From: a virus
Taxonomy: Duplodnaviria > Caudoviricetes
Length of the DNA: 59,422 bases
Virus record (IMG/VR): IMGVR_UViG_3300031227_000043
Location: 1-59,422 of that record
Strand: one strand, 5' to 3'
Part shown: in pieces, positions 26,060 to 34,991 of the stretch
Layout of the letters: each line of letters begins with the position of its first letter
How positions within the stretch are numbered: the first letter of the stretch is position 1
Translations under genes and position numbers: made by a program
The notes under the pieces: generated by a model
Database searches by the model: none
The model's input: only the letters and a program-made list of their open reading frames with translations
Told to the model about the DNA's origin: nothing

Positions 26060-26148
26060 ACTTGCCCCCAAGAGCATTTAATGACCTTACATAGCACCCT
26101 CTACTCGTGAGACCCTCCGGCTTTAGTTTATTTACCCTTGGAGCAAGT
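26060..26148 (-). ncRNA. Candidate structured intergenic RNA
   Basis: ~17-bp closing stem ACUUGCUC-CAAGGGUA/UGCUCUUGGGGGCAAGU, with G-U pairs on the minus strand, enclosing ~55 nt. Confidence 0.35.
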
Positions 26149-26159
26149 TATTGTCATAG

Positions 26160-26903
26160 TTATGCTGCAGTATCTATATCCCAGGAGCCTGTATGATACC
26201 ACCCCTCCCGACTTTGATCACCTCTGACCCTGAATCGTTTGTTGGCGGCTTGTAAAGCAGTAGCTATGTCACCATCACCACCACCCTCTACACTATAGTT
26301 CTCCAGCAGGCCTACCGCAAATTGCGCTGCCTCTATTTCCATGTCAGTATGCTTCAGGCTATTGGATAGCTCTCGCACTCGTTGGTCCAGTATGCCACCC
26401 AGGATATCAGTGCCTGCTGCTTTGCTGCCACTGCCCTTGCCGCTATTGTTCTTATATTTGATTCTCTTCTTCAGGGTTTTATAGTGCTGCAGCGACCTGG
26501 CAGTTTCAATCTTCTGCCTGCCCAAATTCTCAATGCGCTGCTCAAGGCCCTCTGCCAACTCATCAAATATGTCGTCCAGCTGATCAAGGCTGGCAGGATC
26601 AGACACCAGTTGCGCAAACGAGATTCCTAACACTGAATACGCTAACTGCTCCACTCGATACGCATAACTAGTAGAGTCTTGGTAATTGACATTGCCTGTG
26701 CGGTCGTATTCGTCGCGCGCCATGGGATTAGACAGCAGCACATAGGCTTGATGTATGACATGGAAGGCGTCGGCAGAACCACCTTTGTCGGGATGAGTAG
26801 ACCGAGCCATTTTGCGATAGGCGTCTTTGATGACATCGTCAGTAGCGTCAGGGTCAATGCCTAGTGTGTCGTAGGGGCTGGTGTTGGGTGTGGCTGCGGT
26901 CAT
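26160..26903 (-). CDS. J-domain (DnaJ-like) protein
   Basis: PYDTLGI...AYRK...HPDKGG...AY-x-LLS-x-P-x2-R-x-EYD, then coiled coil. Confidence 0.9.
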   Translation of the reverse strand: MTAATPNTSPYDTLGIDPDATDDVIKDAYRKMARSTHPDKGGSADAFHVIHQAYVLLSNPMARDEYDRTGNVNYQDSTSYAYRVEQLAYSVLGISFAQLVSDPASLDQLDDIFDELAEGLEQRIENLGRQKIETARSLQHYKTLKKRIKYKNNSGKGSGSKAAGTDILGGILDQRVRELSNSLKHTDMEIEAAQFAVGLLENYSVEGGGDGDIATALQAANKRFRVRGDQSREGWYHTGSWDIDTAA

Positions 26904-26914
26904 GTGGCTGTCTC

Positions 26915-27181
26915 CTATTGCTGTTCTACTGTTACGTACATGTCTCCGGTAATTACCGGATTACAGCAGCTGGGGCCGTAGACTGCCCATTGCGTATCTG
27001 GATTCTTTGCGCGCTCCTTGAGGTATTGCTGCACTCTGCCTGGATCATAGCATTTACATTTACCGTCGATTACTCCAGATCCTACGCAGTTGTTTCTTAT
27101 AGCTGGGCAATACTCCCGCATAAATTCTACCTGTAGCCTCTCTAGCTCTACTTTTGCATCTCTTCCGCTAAACCATGCCAT
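26915..27181 (-). CDS. Cys-rich hypothetical protein
   Basis: RBS AGGAGG; six Cys. Confidence 0.65.
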   Translation of the reverse strand: MAWFSGRDAKVELERLQVEFMREYCPAIRNNCVGSGVIDGKCKCYDPGRVQQYLKERAKNPDTQWAVYGPSCCNPVITGDMYVTVEQQ

Positions 27182-27202
27182 TGTCTTTACCTCCTATGTA
27201 TT

Positions 27203-27451
27203 CTATATGTTGACTATACAAAACTCCTTACAGTCTGGTTTATAAGCCTCGCCATCGCATGAGTCTTTATAGTGGATGCAGTGGTTGCAGTCTACCGGCG
27301 CCTCCCATAGTGCTCGTAATGGCCCACCCTCTTCATATATCTCTACGCAGGCGTCACATGGATCATCATATGGCGACATCTCCCAGTAGCGGCAGTCAAT
27401 GCAGTATTGGCCAGGCTCATGCTCGTCATTATAGTCGCTATCTATGGCCAT
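27203..27451 (-). CDS. Acidic Cys-rich (CxxC repeat) protein
   Basis: CIDC, CDAC and CNHC. Confidence 0.65.
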   Translation of the reverse strand: MAIDSDYNDEHEPGQYCIDCRYWEMSPYDDPCDACVEIYEEGGPLRALWEAPVDCNHCIHYKDSCDGEAYKPDCKEFCIVNI

Positions 27452-27457
27452 TACCCA

Positions 27458-27976
27458 CTACCCCCTGCCTCTGACAAGCTGCTTCTCAACTATTGCTATT
27501 GTACAGTGCTGCGCTCCACCATGGGCCAGCACACACATCTTAATAAGGTCAAAGCCCCGTATCTTGCCCATGAATGTTGAGTGATAGCCAAAAGAAATAA
27601 CTCTTGCATAGGGATGCAGTATCCTGGGCAGCTCATCCGCTACCCTCTTAAACCTGCTATTCCTGTGGCCATTATACATTTCCATTGATTTACGGTAGCT
27701 GTACGGCGGATCTAATATTACAGTTGTAAATTTATGTCCTGACCAGTTCATTACAAAGTCAAGTGAGTCCTCGTGGTACTCAGCTACCATTGTGAGCTCA
27801 AGGTCGTTGCGGACCTCATCTATGTTCAGCACAACCTTTCCGGCAAACAGATTAAGTGTAGGGCCAAAGCTATTATCCTCGACCCATTGTTTGATCTTAG
27901 GACACTCAAAGGTATAGCGTCGCAGGTTTGTTTTGATTAGCTCCATCTCTACTTTATTGCTCATCGCCATAGTCAT
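27458..27976 (-). CDS. Small DNA adenine (N6/N4) methyltransferase
   Basis: LNLFAG SAM-binding motif and ILDPPYS catalytic motif. Confidence 0.75.
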   Translation of the reverse strand: MTMAMSNKVEMELIKTNLRRYTFECPKIKQWVEDNSFGPTLNLFAGKVVLNIDEVRNDLELTMVAEYHEDSLDFVMNWSGHKFTTVILDPPYSYRKSMEMYNGHRNSRFKRVADELPRILHPYARVISFGYHSTFMGKIRGFDLIKMCVLAHGGAQHCTIAIVEKQLVRGRG

Positions 27977-27986
27977 AGCTATACAC

Positions 27987-28769
27987 CTATTCCCAGTCTT
28001 CAAACGATGTCTCAGGCAACACATACTGCGCCAGAAACGGGAATTCCAATTCAGGGCCTTCCAGCGTCTTACCGGCTAAGTCAGGATTCTGGCGGCAATC
28101 GGTAATATACAGCTTGAATTCGCCAGGTGTCACTGTCTCTTTGCCATCCTCATCAGTCTCTGTGTCAGCCTCTTCACGATATGCATGGAGGTTAACCTGG
28201 ACCCTGGCACCGGTATCACGGAAGCCGTCACGCTCCATATCCTTGGTCCGCTTATCGTTAATATATATGGGCCGCATCTTATGAATCAGTATCAGGTTCT
28301 TGTCGCTGCTGTAGCCCATGTCCATCATGCCTTTGAATTCAGCATTGACCGGAGCATATTGAAACGGCATGATCTGGGCCAGTTGACCAAATCTGGCTAA
28401 CCTGAGCAGTGCCCATAGCTGAGTAGCGGTGTCAATGATAATAGTCCGTATGCCAGGTGTGCGCAACGCTGACTCATAGGCCTTCATGAACTTGGTCCAG
28501 GCCTCCTTGGCTACTTCAGGTGTCATGTAGTTGAGCAGGTTATAGATGATCACGCGCTTATCATCTACGAATTTGCCCACGACGCCTTCTAGGCCCACGT
28601 CGAGATTGAATAGTGCGATGTCGCCAGGTGCTGTCAGTGCAAAGTGGGTCTTGCCCTGTTTCTCAATGCCGATCACCGACACTACGAGTCTAGGCTTTAC
28701 CGTATCGTCAGCTTCTACAAATCCAGCAGCCTCCAATGTCTTCAGTTCCAGTGCTGTTAAGTCTGCCAT
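27987..28769 (-). CDS. AAA/RecA-like ATPase (Sak4-like recombinase)
   Basis: GIEKQGKT Walker A, IIIDT Walker B, LILIH; next to exonuclease and SSB. Confidence 0.8.
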   Translation of the reverse strand: MADLTALELKTLEAAGFVEADDTVKPRLVVSVIGIEKQGKTHFALTAPGDIALFNLDVGLEGVVGKFVDDKRVIIYNLLNYMTPEVAKEAWTKFMKAYESALRTPGIRTIIIDTATQLWALLRLARFGQLAQIMPFQYAPVNAEFKGMMDMGYSSDKNLILIHKMRPIYINDKRTKDMERDGFRDTGARVQVNLHAYREEADTETDEDGKETVTPGEFKLYITDCRQNPDLAGKTLEGPELEFPFLAQYVLPETSFEDWE

Positions 28770-28799
28770 GTGCTACCTCCTATATGCTATATGTTATAT

Positions 28800-29405
28800 C
28801 TATTTCACTACTATATTAAAGTGTTCAGCTATCATACGGTCACGATGCGATATTATCATGGCCCAGTTCTCTGCCAATTCCTCATCAGTGTATTCAATTC
28901 GCACTGTTACATATTGCGGTCCACTGCCTTTATAGTCGCCCATCAGATATAGTATCCGCATTACGACCACATTGACTGACAGCATATAGCAATACGATTT
29001 GGTCTGCACATGCCAATTCCAGTGGCGTTTGTCGGTGACGTCTTTGCGAGATGACTTCCAGGTGCATTTGTACTCTTCCAGGGCCATGGTGCCACTATCT
29101 ACTGACGGTAATGGGTCATCGCCTATACCGTCTGGGCTACCTACTATACCATCTAGTTCGATTTCGTCGAGCCTGACCGCCATGCGATTGGCAAATGCAG
29201 CAGTCAGGGCATCTTCCCATATGAACCCTACTTCCATGGTCACCCACATGTCAGCTTTCCAGTTGCCGCTATATGACCAGCCCATGGTATGCTCTATATA
29301 CTTGATAACATCGGTGAGGTGATATTTGCCAGTAACGTTGGCATCGGATCGTACTAGGCCACTGCCTTTTGCCGGGAACTTCTCATTTAGATATTGGACA
29401 TCCAT
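28800..29405 (-). CDS. Cas4-like/PD-(D/E)xK exonuclease
   Basis: G-x2-WE, GSPDG, EEYKCT and Q-x3-Y motifs. Confidence 0.8.
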   Translation of the reverse strand: MDVQYLNEKFPAKGSGLVRSDANVTGKYHLTDVIKYIEHTMGWSYSGNWKADMWVTMEVGFIWEDALTAAFANRMAVRLDEIELDGIVGSPDGIGDDPLPSVDSGTMALEEYKCTWKSSRKDVTDKRHWNWHVQTKSYCYMLSVNVVVMRILYLMGDYKGSGPQYVTVRIEYTDEELAENWAMIISHRDRMIAEHFNIVVK

Positions 29406-29406
29406 G

Positions 29407-29703
29407 TTAGTCGGCCTCCTCTTTGGACTTGGAAGGTTTCAGCAGCAGATAGTCATAGTTGCCGGGCATTCCCTGATGCTGAGACTTAAATATCTTAGTC
29501 AGCGATTTGCCGTAGGCCTGCTTCAGCATTTCGCTGTATATATCCCTGGTAGCGGCATCAAATACCGCCACTGTGGGTACTGTAGCCGTGTCTACTGCAG
29601 CAGGCACAGGTGGCAGCATTGCCAATAGCTCCTTGGGTGCAGCTACAGCAGCAGTGGTGCCTATGCCCAGTATTCTAAGGAATGTTCTACGTGTTATGGC
29701 CAT
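29407..29703 (-). CDS. Small protein with twin-arginine (Tat) signal
   Basis: MAITRRTFLRILGIGTTAAVAA matches (S/T)RRxFL. Confidence 0.65.
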   Translation of the reverse strand: MAITRRTFLRILGIGTTAAVAAPKELLAMLPPVPAAVDTATVPTVAVFDAATRDIYSEMLKQAYGKSLTKIFKSQHQGMPGNYDYLLLKPSKSKEEAD

Positions 29704-29705
29704 GG

Positions 29706-29879
29706 TTATTTCTTACCTTCCTCAGACATCATATCGCCAACCATTAGGCTGACTTCCAACTTAACAGCGTATAATGCCCTCAATAATGTTAGCAATTTTG
29801 GTTCTGCCAGTAATCTCACCTTTGCCTCTTCTCTTATTGCGTCCGCTATATATTTGTAATCGAACCCACTATTTATCAT
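29706..29879 (-). CDS. Small hypothetical protein (57 aa)
   Basis: Manual translation MINSGFDYKYIADAIREEAK...EEGKK; RBS AGAGGT. Confidence 0.55.
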   Translation of the reverse strand: MINSGFDYKYIADAIREEAKVRLLAEPKLLTLLRALYAVKLEVSLMVGDMMSEEGKK

Positions 29880-29899
29880 TCGACCTCTTTGTGTTCTCT

Positions 29900-30265
29900 T
29901 TATATTATTATCAAGCCGTCGTCTTCCATATTAGGCTGCACACCCTCTACCTGTTTGCGCAATGCCTCTCTCACAGCCTCCTCCGGTGACACTATCAGCT
30001 TATCGCGTGTGGCTATGGTATCTGATTTGGCAACACCTGCAGCAGGACCAGTGGCAGCATTTGGATCGCCAGCATCCAGCTCACCTACAAACTCAGCAGT
30101 GAATCTCAGCTTGCCTACGTTGCGGTAGGTGATCTCAAATAGCTTGTTGCCTAAGCCTAGTCGAGTATGCAGTGGCGGCAGTATAGCCTCCTTCATATGA
30201 GTAGGTAATTCAAACTTGCTGATTGTAGGTTCAGACTTGGTCTTGGTGTCATTGGTCTCAGGCAT
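29900..30265 (-). CDS. Hypothetical protein
   Basis: In-operon ORF. Confidence 0.65.
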   Translation of the reverse strand: MPETNDTKTKSEPTISKFELPTHMKEAILPPLHTRLGLGNKLFEITYRNVGKLRFTAEFVGELDAGDPNAATGPAAGVAKSDTIATRDKLIVSPEEAVREALRKQVEGVQPNMEDDGLIII

Positions 30266-30554
30266 TGGGAATACCCCCTACAGCTATCATGTAGTGCCGA
30301 AGGCAATCGAGGGCGAAATCAAAATATAGTCCACTTGAAAGCCCTCCCATTCGATATTCTTGCTCAACTTCAACAGCTATTAGCTGAAACAACTGCTCAT
30401 TTGGCTGTTGAGACCCTGTTGCATTCTTGATGATCTTTTCCCGTTCAAGCTGTGCAGCTTCCGCCGTAGCCTGCTGCAATGCCTGCAATAGACTACGGCT
30501 ATTTGGCATTCCCACTTGTTCCATTAATTGTTTGTAGCGGTTATCTGATAGCAT
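30258..30554 (-). CDS. Hypothetical protein
   Basis: RBS GGAGGTG; starts MLSDNRYK. Confidence 0.65.
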   Translation of the reverse strand: MLSDNRYKQLMEQVGMPNSRSLLQALQQATAEAAQLEREKIIKNATGSQQPNEQLFQLIAVEVEQEYRMGGLSSGLYFDFALDCLRHYMIAVGGIPNA

Positions 30555-30555
30555 A

Positions 30556-30825
30556 TCAGCACCTCCCTCTACCTGCCCATTTCCAGTTAAGTTTAACAAG
30601 TCCCCAAGCTGCAATAATACACGCCAGCATCATCGCTATTATCCCTATACACATTATAATCTGGAGTGAACCGCAGCCCCACAAGTTTTGCGGAAACTCC
30701 ATGTAAGCTATGTACCTCGGAAACAGTGTGGTTGTTGCCCATCCCACTGCCCATGGTACTGCAATAAGGATAGCTACCTCTACCAGCTTAAACCCTATAA
30801 ATTTGGCTATTCTTTTTAGATCCAT
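30556..30825 (-). CDS. Membrane protein (2 TM)
   Basis: Two hydrophobic segments; RBS AGGAGG. Confidence 0.65.
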   Translation of the reverse strand: MDLKRIAKFIGFKLVEVAILIAVPWAVGWATTTLFPRYIAYMEFPQNLWGCGSLQIIMCIGIIAMMLACIIAAWGLVKLNWKWAGRGRC

Positions 30826-30848
30826 TATCTATCCTCCTGATTGGTTAA

Positions 30849-30887
30849 AGTGCCAGGTAGGCTACGATTAGCCACCCACCTGGCACT
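30849..30887 (-). terminator. Hairpin after SSB-like gene (terminator or processing site)
   Basis: AGTGCCAGGT/ACCTGGCACT 10-bp stem with inner GCTA/TAGC, followed by a short U-run on the minus strand. Confidence 0.55.
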
Positions 30888-30937
30888 GCAGTACTACGCA
30901 TTACTGCTACTAACTACTAACTACCACTTGTTATCTG

Positions 30938-31756
30938 CTATTCCATGAACACCACGCCGTCTTCCATGCTCCACGGCCCATCACCCAGGAACTCATCCTT
31001 GTGAATGCGCTGGACCACAGCAGACTTCCGGTCGTCGCCGTCCATGGCAGCAAATGCCAGCTTGGTAAGCGCCTTTTTGGGCACCCGGCCATCTTCAGCC
31101 TGTTCGATGGCCTCAAGCACAATGCCCGTGCAGACGTCGTCGATGTCAGAGGCATCACCACCTGCAGCTGCTGCATCAGGCTCAGCTTTGGCCTTGGCCT
31201 TGGCTTTGGGTTTGGCTTTAGCCTTAGCCTTGGGCGCCCCTGCCGCTGCCTTCTTCTCCCACGGTAGCCTCTTGATCTCGTCCACGACCAGCACCGTTTT
31301 GGCAAACTCCTTGCCGTCTTCAGCAGCGGGCTTATTGCTCTCCATGTTGTTCCAGCCTTTGGGCGCCGGAACCCGGATCATGTGCGCCACCATGCCATTG
31401 AATATGGTAGCGTCATTCTCAATCTTCTCCTCCGGGAAGCCACTATTGATGATGCTAGTCAGGAGCATGACCAATTTGGTACTGTTCTTCAACTCTGTGG
31501 CATTGCCGACAGGTATCAGCTCCTTGCCGTCAGCACTGGGCTGCCAATCCTGGGCTCTACCCACAGACCAGTAGTCGGATACGTCCTCGCCGGTATCGAC
31601 GTCTTTGCCAGCCATATTGAAGCATGGTGCCGGTGTAGCCTTGCCTTGATAATCGAACATGACAAACTTGCAGTCAACACACTCCATGGTGAAGTCGTCC
31701 AGCAATCCACCTGCTACTGCATCACTTGGTTTCAAACTTACGCCTTGTTCTGCCAT
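30938..31756 (-). CDS. Probable single-stranded DNA-binding protein
   Basis: Beta-rich N-domain, AKAKAKPKAK linker, acidic C-domain; located in the exo/ATPase cluster. Confidence 0.5.
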   Translation of the reverse strand: MAEQGVSLKPSDAVAGGLLDDFTMECVDCKFVMFDYQGKATPAPCFNMAGKDVDTGEDVSDYWSVGRAQDWQPSADGKELIPVGNATELKNSTKLVMLLTSIINSGFPEEKIENDATIFNGMVAHMIRVPAPKGWNNMESNKPAAEDGKEFAKTVLVVDEIKRLPWEKKAAAGAPKAKAKAKPKAKAKAKAEPDAAAAGGDASDIDDVCTGIVLEAIEQAEDGRVPKKALTKLAFAAMDGDDRKSAVVQRIHKDEFLGDGPWSMEDGVVFME

Positions 31757-31776
31757 ATGTACTACCTCCTGTTAAG

Positions 31777-32112
31777 CTATTGCTGATTGGGTTTGGGTCC
31801 CAGTGTTACTGACCATCCACACAATGTGGCTTTCGGGAATGTTGCGGTCTTAGACAGGCCGTCAGACACTGCTCCATATTTAAATATGAGCATCGTCTCG
31901 TTGTCACAGACTACCCCCACGTTTCTGAACGTAAAGGTGTGGCCAGTGGGCGTGAAAATACATAGGATGTCGTATCTTGGCTCTGGCGATGTTGCTGGTG
32001 CTAACTCTTTGTCACGCATTGACCTTTCCTTTTCTGCGTTCCAGCCAGCTGGCCCCTCTCCACTTCCACCTACTACTGTTTGACTATCATCTGGTACTCC
32101 TGGTTTTGGCAT
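31777..32112 (-). CDS. Hypothetical protein
   Basis: RBS AAGGAGGTG. Confidence 0.65.
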   Translation of the reverse strand: MPKPGVPDDSQTVVGGSGEGPAGWNAEKERSMRDKELAPATSPEPRYDILCIFTPTGHTFTFRNVGVVCDNETMLIFKYGAVSDGLSKTATFPKATLCGWSVTLGPKPNQQ

Positions 32113-32129
32113 TCTCTCTTCACCTCCTT

Positions 32130-32384
32130 TCATGGATCTATCTCTATTATATTTTCATTATGGTCTATCCACGCTCGTATAGGCAGAGGTGTCGAGCATA
32201 GGATCTTCATGTACGCTGCACCCCTGGTTGTTGTGCTGTGATAGCCCTTGCCTTGGTGGTATTCAATTAATCCAGCTACTGACAACTCAGCATAGGCACT
32301 CCTTACTGCAGGAGCATGCATTCGTGGATGAGGCGCTCCAGAAACGTGGCAATGAATTAATATTTCAATATCGTTTGGTGTCAT
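32130..32384 (-). CDS. Small winged-helix-like protein
   Basis: L-x3-GLI...TT-x-RG pattern; RBS AAGGAGG. Confidence 0.6.
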   Translation of the reverse strand: MTPNDIEILIHCHVSGAPHPRMHAPAVRSAYAELSVAGLIEYHQGKGYHSTTTRGAAYMKILCSTPLPIRAWIDHNENIIEIDP

Positions 32385-32410
32385 GATTTAGTCCTCCTTT
32401 CTATGATTGG

Positions 32411-32487
32411 TGCTGACAGGTGGATTTTATAAACCATTTACATCACCCAGCTAAGTGAAATCGGTTAACCATTAAAACCTGTCAGCA
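32411..32487 (-). other. Long nested hairpin in intergenic DNA
   Basis: TGCTGACAGGT/ACCTGTCAGCA 11-bp perfect stem enclosing AACC-ATTT/AAATGGTT and TCACTT/GGGTGA stems. Confidence 0.6.
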
Positions 32488-32493
32488 TTAACT

Positions 32494-34119
32494 CTATCCC
32501 TTGCCCATAGCCACAGGTGGCCTCGGTATAGTCACAGCCTTTTGATACGCCTGCATAAACCACGCTGGCGCAAACTCCCTGTGCCTGCCCATGAACCATG
32601 TAATGTTATCGTCTATTATAAATGTCTCGCAATGATCATCAGATGCTCTAACACCTCTGCCTGCTGCCTGCACAAGCTCCTGCATTGCTATATAGGCGCC
32701 GTAGTCTTTGTCAGCTTTCATGCGGGCCTTAGTAATCTTATTGCGGCCATCTGGATAACTGAGCTTGCCAATGATCTGGTACTCGCATGTAGCATATGGG
32801 AAGTCATAGCCAGTCGTGATACTTGGACTGATCAGCACTTTAGGCGCCTTACTCCGCTTAAACGCCTCCACTTTATCAAAGGTGTCGCGTTTGGCATGAC
32901 TCATCATGGCATCTCTATAGCGGCTATTGGCCATTAGGAAGTCCCGGCGCTTATAACTGGTGGTATGGACTATGCCTTTGCGATCTAGGCGCTGCCCTAT
33001 TATTTGATCAATGCGGCTAACCCATAAGCGTAGGCCAGCGTTATCAGTGCGCCAGTTCATTCTGACAGTAGGTATATGAGTTACTCTGCGATTTGCCAGT
33101 GGAAAGCTATGTGGGTACTCCAGCAGCTTATAGTCAGCATAGGTCACACCCAACATCTCGGCTGTCTTGGCACATATAAACGCACTGGTCAATATAACCT
33201 TAGACACACCGCAAAACAAATACGACTCACAGTAGCGGGCTGCCCATAGCGGACTGAATGTCAGCCGTTCCAGATCAGTGCTAATATCGACCACCCAGGT
33301 ATCGTCTATGCGGGACAGTGCGGCAACATCACGCTGCATATTCTGGTACTGCCTATACTTGCGCTGTAGCTTACGGTTGCCGGACTCTACCTTTAGTGCA
33401 GACTTCAACTCATCTATGTCGAAGTCCAGGCGATCTAATGTGGTGGTGGCCCACAACCCCCATGCCTTATTGGACATACTCAATAGGCCTTCTATAGGCA
33501 GTAGCTCTTGGGCTAACTTTGACCGCTTCTTATCAAACTCTATACTGATAAACGCCTCTACTGCACGGGTGGCGTTATGGGCCTCATCGCAGACTATGGT
33601 ATCAAAGTGGCCAAGACCCTCTTCTGTGTATTTATTGAGTGACATCCAGCATGCATAGTTGGTAACCACTATATCAGCGGCTCTGGCTTCCTCCAGGCGA
33701 TTGTAGTAATCGCATTCACCCATGTCCTTCAACATACAGTGGAGGCCAGCCTTACATGGGCCATCTTCAGCAGTGACCCATGGCGAATCCATGAAGTTGC
33801 AGTTGTAAGCATTGCGGCCTCTGATGTCTACTATGTGTTCGCTGAAGTCATTCAGGAGCTGGGACTGTAGCGCCTTGGTACTCGTTAATATTACAGTGCG
33901 GCCACCTTGCAGTAGTGCAGTGGCCATGTACATTAATGATTTGCCAAAGCCGGTAGGACATACTTGAGCGGTGACGCGATATGGGCTGTCGATTGCATCC
34001 TCTACAGCTTTGCTTTGATATTGGCGCCAGGTGTTGTATGGCAGGCCGAATATGTCAGGCGGTGGTAATTGGTCATTGGCGACATTGGCTATAGTATTGG
34101 CGCTGGTGTTCCCGGTCAT
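32494..34119 (-). CDS. DinG/XPD-family SF2 helicase (Fe-S cluster)
   Basis: WRQYQ Q-motif, PTGFGKS, GRNAY-x-C with 4 Cys, VVTNY, DEAH, TSA, QAAGRGVR. Confidence 0.9.
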   Translation of the reverse strand: MTGNTSANTIANVANDQLPPPDIFGLPYNTWRQYQSKAVEDAIDSPYRVTAQVCPTGFGKSLMYMATALLQGGRTVILTSTKALQSQLLNDFSEHIVDIRGRNAYNCNFMDSPWVTAEDGPCKAGLHCMLKDMGECDYYNRLEEARAADIVVTNYACWMSLNKYTEEGLGHFDTIVCDEAHNATRAVEAFISIEFDKKRSKLAQELLPIEGLLSMSNKAWGLWATTTLDRLDFDIDELKSALKVESGNRKLQRKYRQYQNMQRDVAALSRIDDTWVVDISTDLERLTFSPLWAARYCESYLFCGVSKVILTSAFICAKTAEMLGVTYADYKLLEYPHSFPLANRRVTHIPTVRMNWRTDNAGLRLWVSRIDQIIGQRLDRKGIVHTTSYKRRDFLMANSRYRDAMMSHAKRDTFDKVEAFKRSKAPKVLISPSITTGYDFPYATCEYQIIGKLSYPDGRNKITKARMKADKDYGAYIAMQELVQAAGRGVRASDDHCETFIIDDNITWFMGRHREFAPAWFMQAYQKAVTIPRPPVAMGKG

Positions 34120-34148
34120 GCGGTTTGTGCCTCCTGCTAATCAATTAA

Positions 34149-34412
34149 TTATGCGGTTACCTTCGATTTGAAATCACAAAGTGGAGCGAGGCAGCCTACA
34201 ATATGACCGCATTTAGGACAGGCCAATTCGGCTGCATCCTCTTCAACAGCTGGCTGAGAGGTGCCCCAAGCTCTAATTAAAGCGTCTGTTTGTGTTTCAA
34301 TTTCTGCGTAATGTGCTTCGCCTGTCATGGATAATTCACCCTCTTCCAGATTTCTAAACCACTCGGCTTCATCAATAAGGGCTTTAATCTGGTCTAACTT
34401 TTCGTAGTTCAT
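34149..34412 (-). CDS. Hypothetical protein with C-terminal Zn ribbon
   Basis: CPKCG...C-x4-C; RBS AGGAGG. Confidence 0.65.
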   Translation of the reverse strand: MNYEKLDQIKALIDEAEWFRNLEEGELSMTGEAHYAEIETQTDALIRAWGTSQPAVEEDAAELACPKCGHIVGCLAPLCDFKSKVTA

Positions 34413-34421
34413 AGTGGCCTC

Positions 34422-34991
34422 CTACTTACTGTAACTGCTTCTTTGTTCGTCATCTGTCAATACCTCCTCAATATCTCTCACGCATTGCAGCATATTTATC
34501 AGCTCCTTCTCCTCTGCTGCAGCCTTGCCACACTTAATACCCATTACCGCATATCTCGGTGTCGGCTTATATACTCTGGAGTGCAGCACATGCCATCTCG
34601 CATATAGATAGCTCCACTCCCGCCTGGTATAACCACCTTTGTCCATCAGCTGCTCCAGGATCATTAGTTCTCGCTCAGGGTGGTCGTCATAGGCACCGCG
34701 CTCTCGCTCTGTACGGTAGCCTAACAGGAATGCATTGGATGTGGTCTTGTAGCCAGCCTGCTTATGGCCATGGTTCGTAGTGCGATGGCCACAGCTGGTT
34801 AGCTTGCCGGACAGTAGCTTATCGCTAGTAGCCATTATGACAACGCCACAGCCACACAGACACCTATATAGGTCACGGCCCTTGGTATCATGACCAGCAT
34901 GCCTGAGCACGGTCAGTTCGCCAAACACCATATGGCGCTGTATATTGGTAGTGGTCTGGGTATTGGTATTGCGACTGGTCATTGCCATCAT
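34422..34991 (-). CDS. Protein with homing-endonuclease-type N-terminal DNA-binding repeat
   Basis: FGELTV...YRCLCGCG...L-x-SG-x2-TSCG motif. Confidence 0.6.
   Translation of the reverse strand: MMAMTSRNTNTQTTTNIQRHMVFGELTVLRHAGHDTKGRDLYRCLCGCGVVIMATSDKLLSGKLTSCGHRTTNHGHKQAGYKTTSNAFLLGYRTERERGAYDDHPERELMILEQLMDKGGYTRREWSYLYARWHVLHSRVYKPTPRYAVMGIKCGKAAAEEKELINMLQCVRDIEEVLTDDEQRSSYSK

Noticed and set aside
26085-26135. Twister or other self-cleaving ribozyme
   Set aside because: Partial UAAC...GCCGG...GAGGG similarity only; the core AAGC and pseudoknot pairings are missing.
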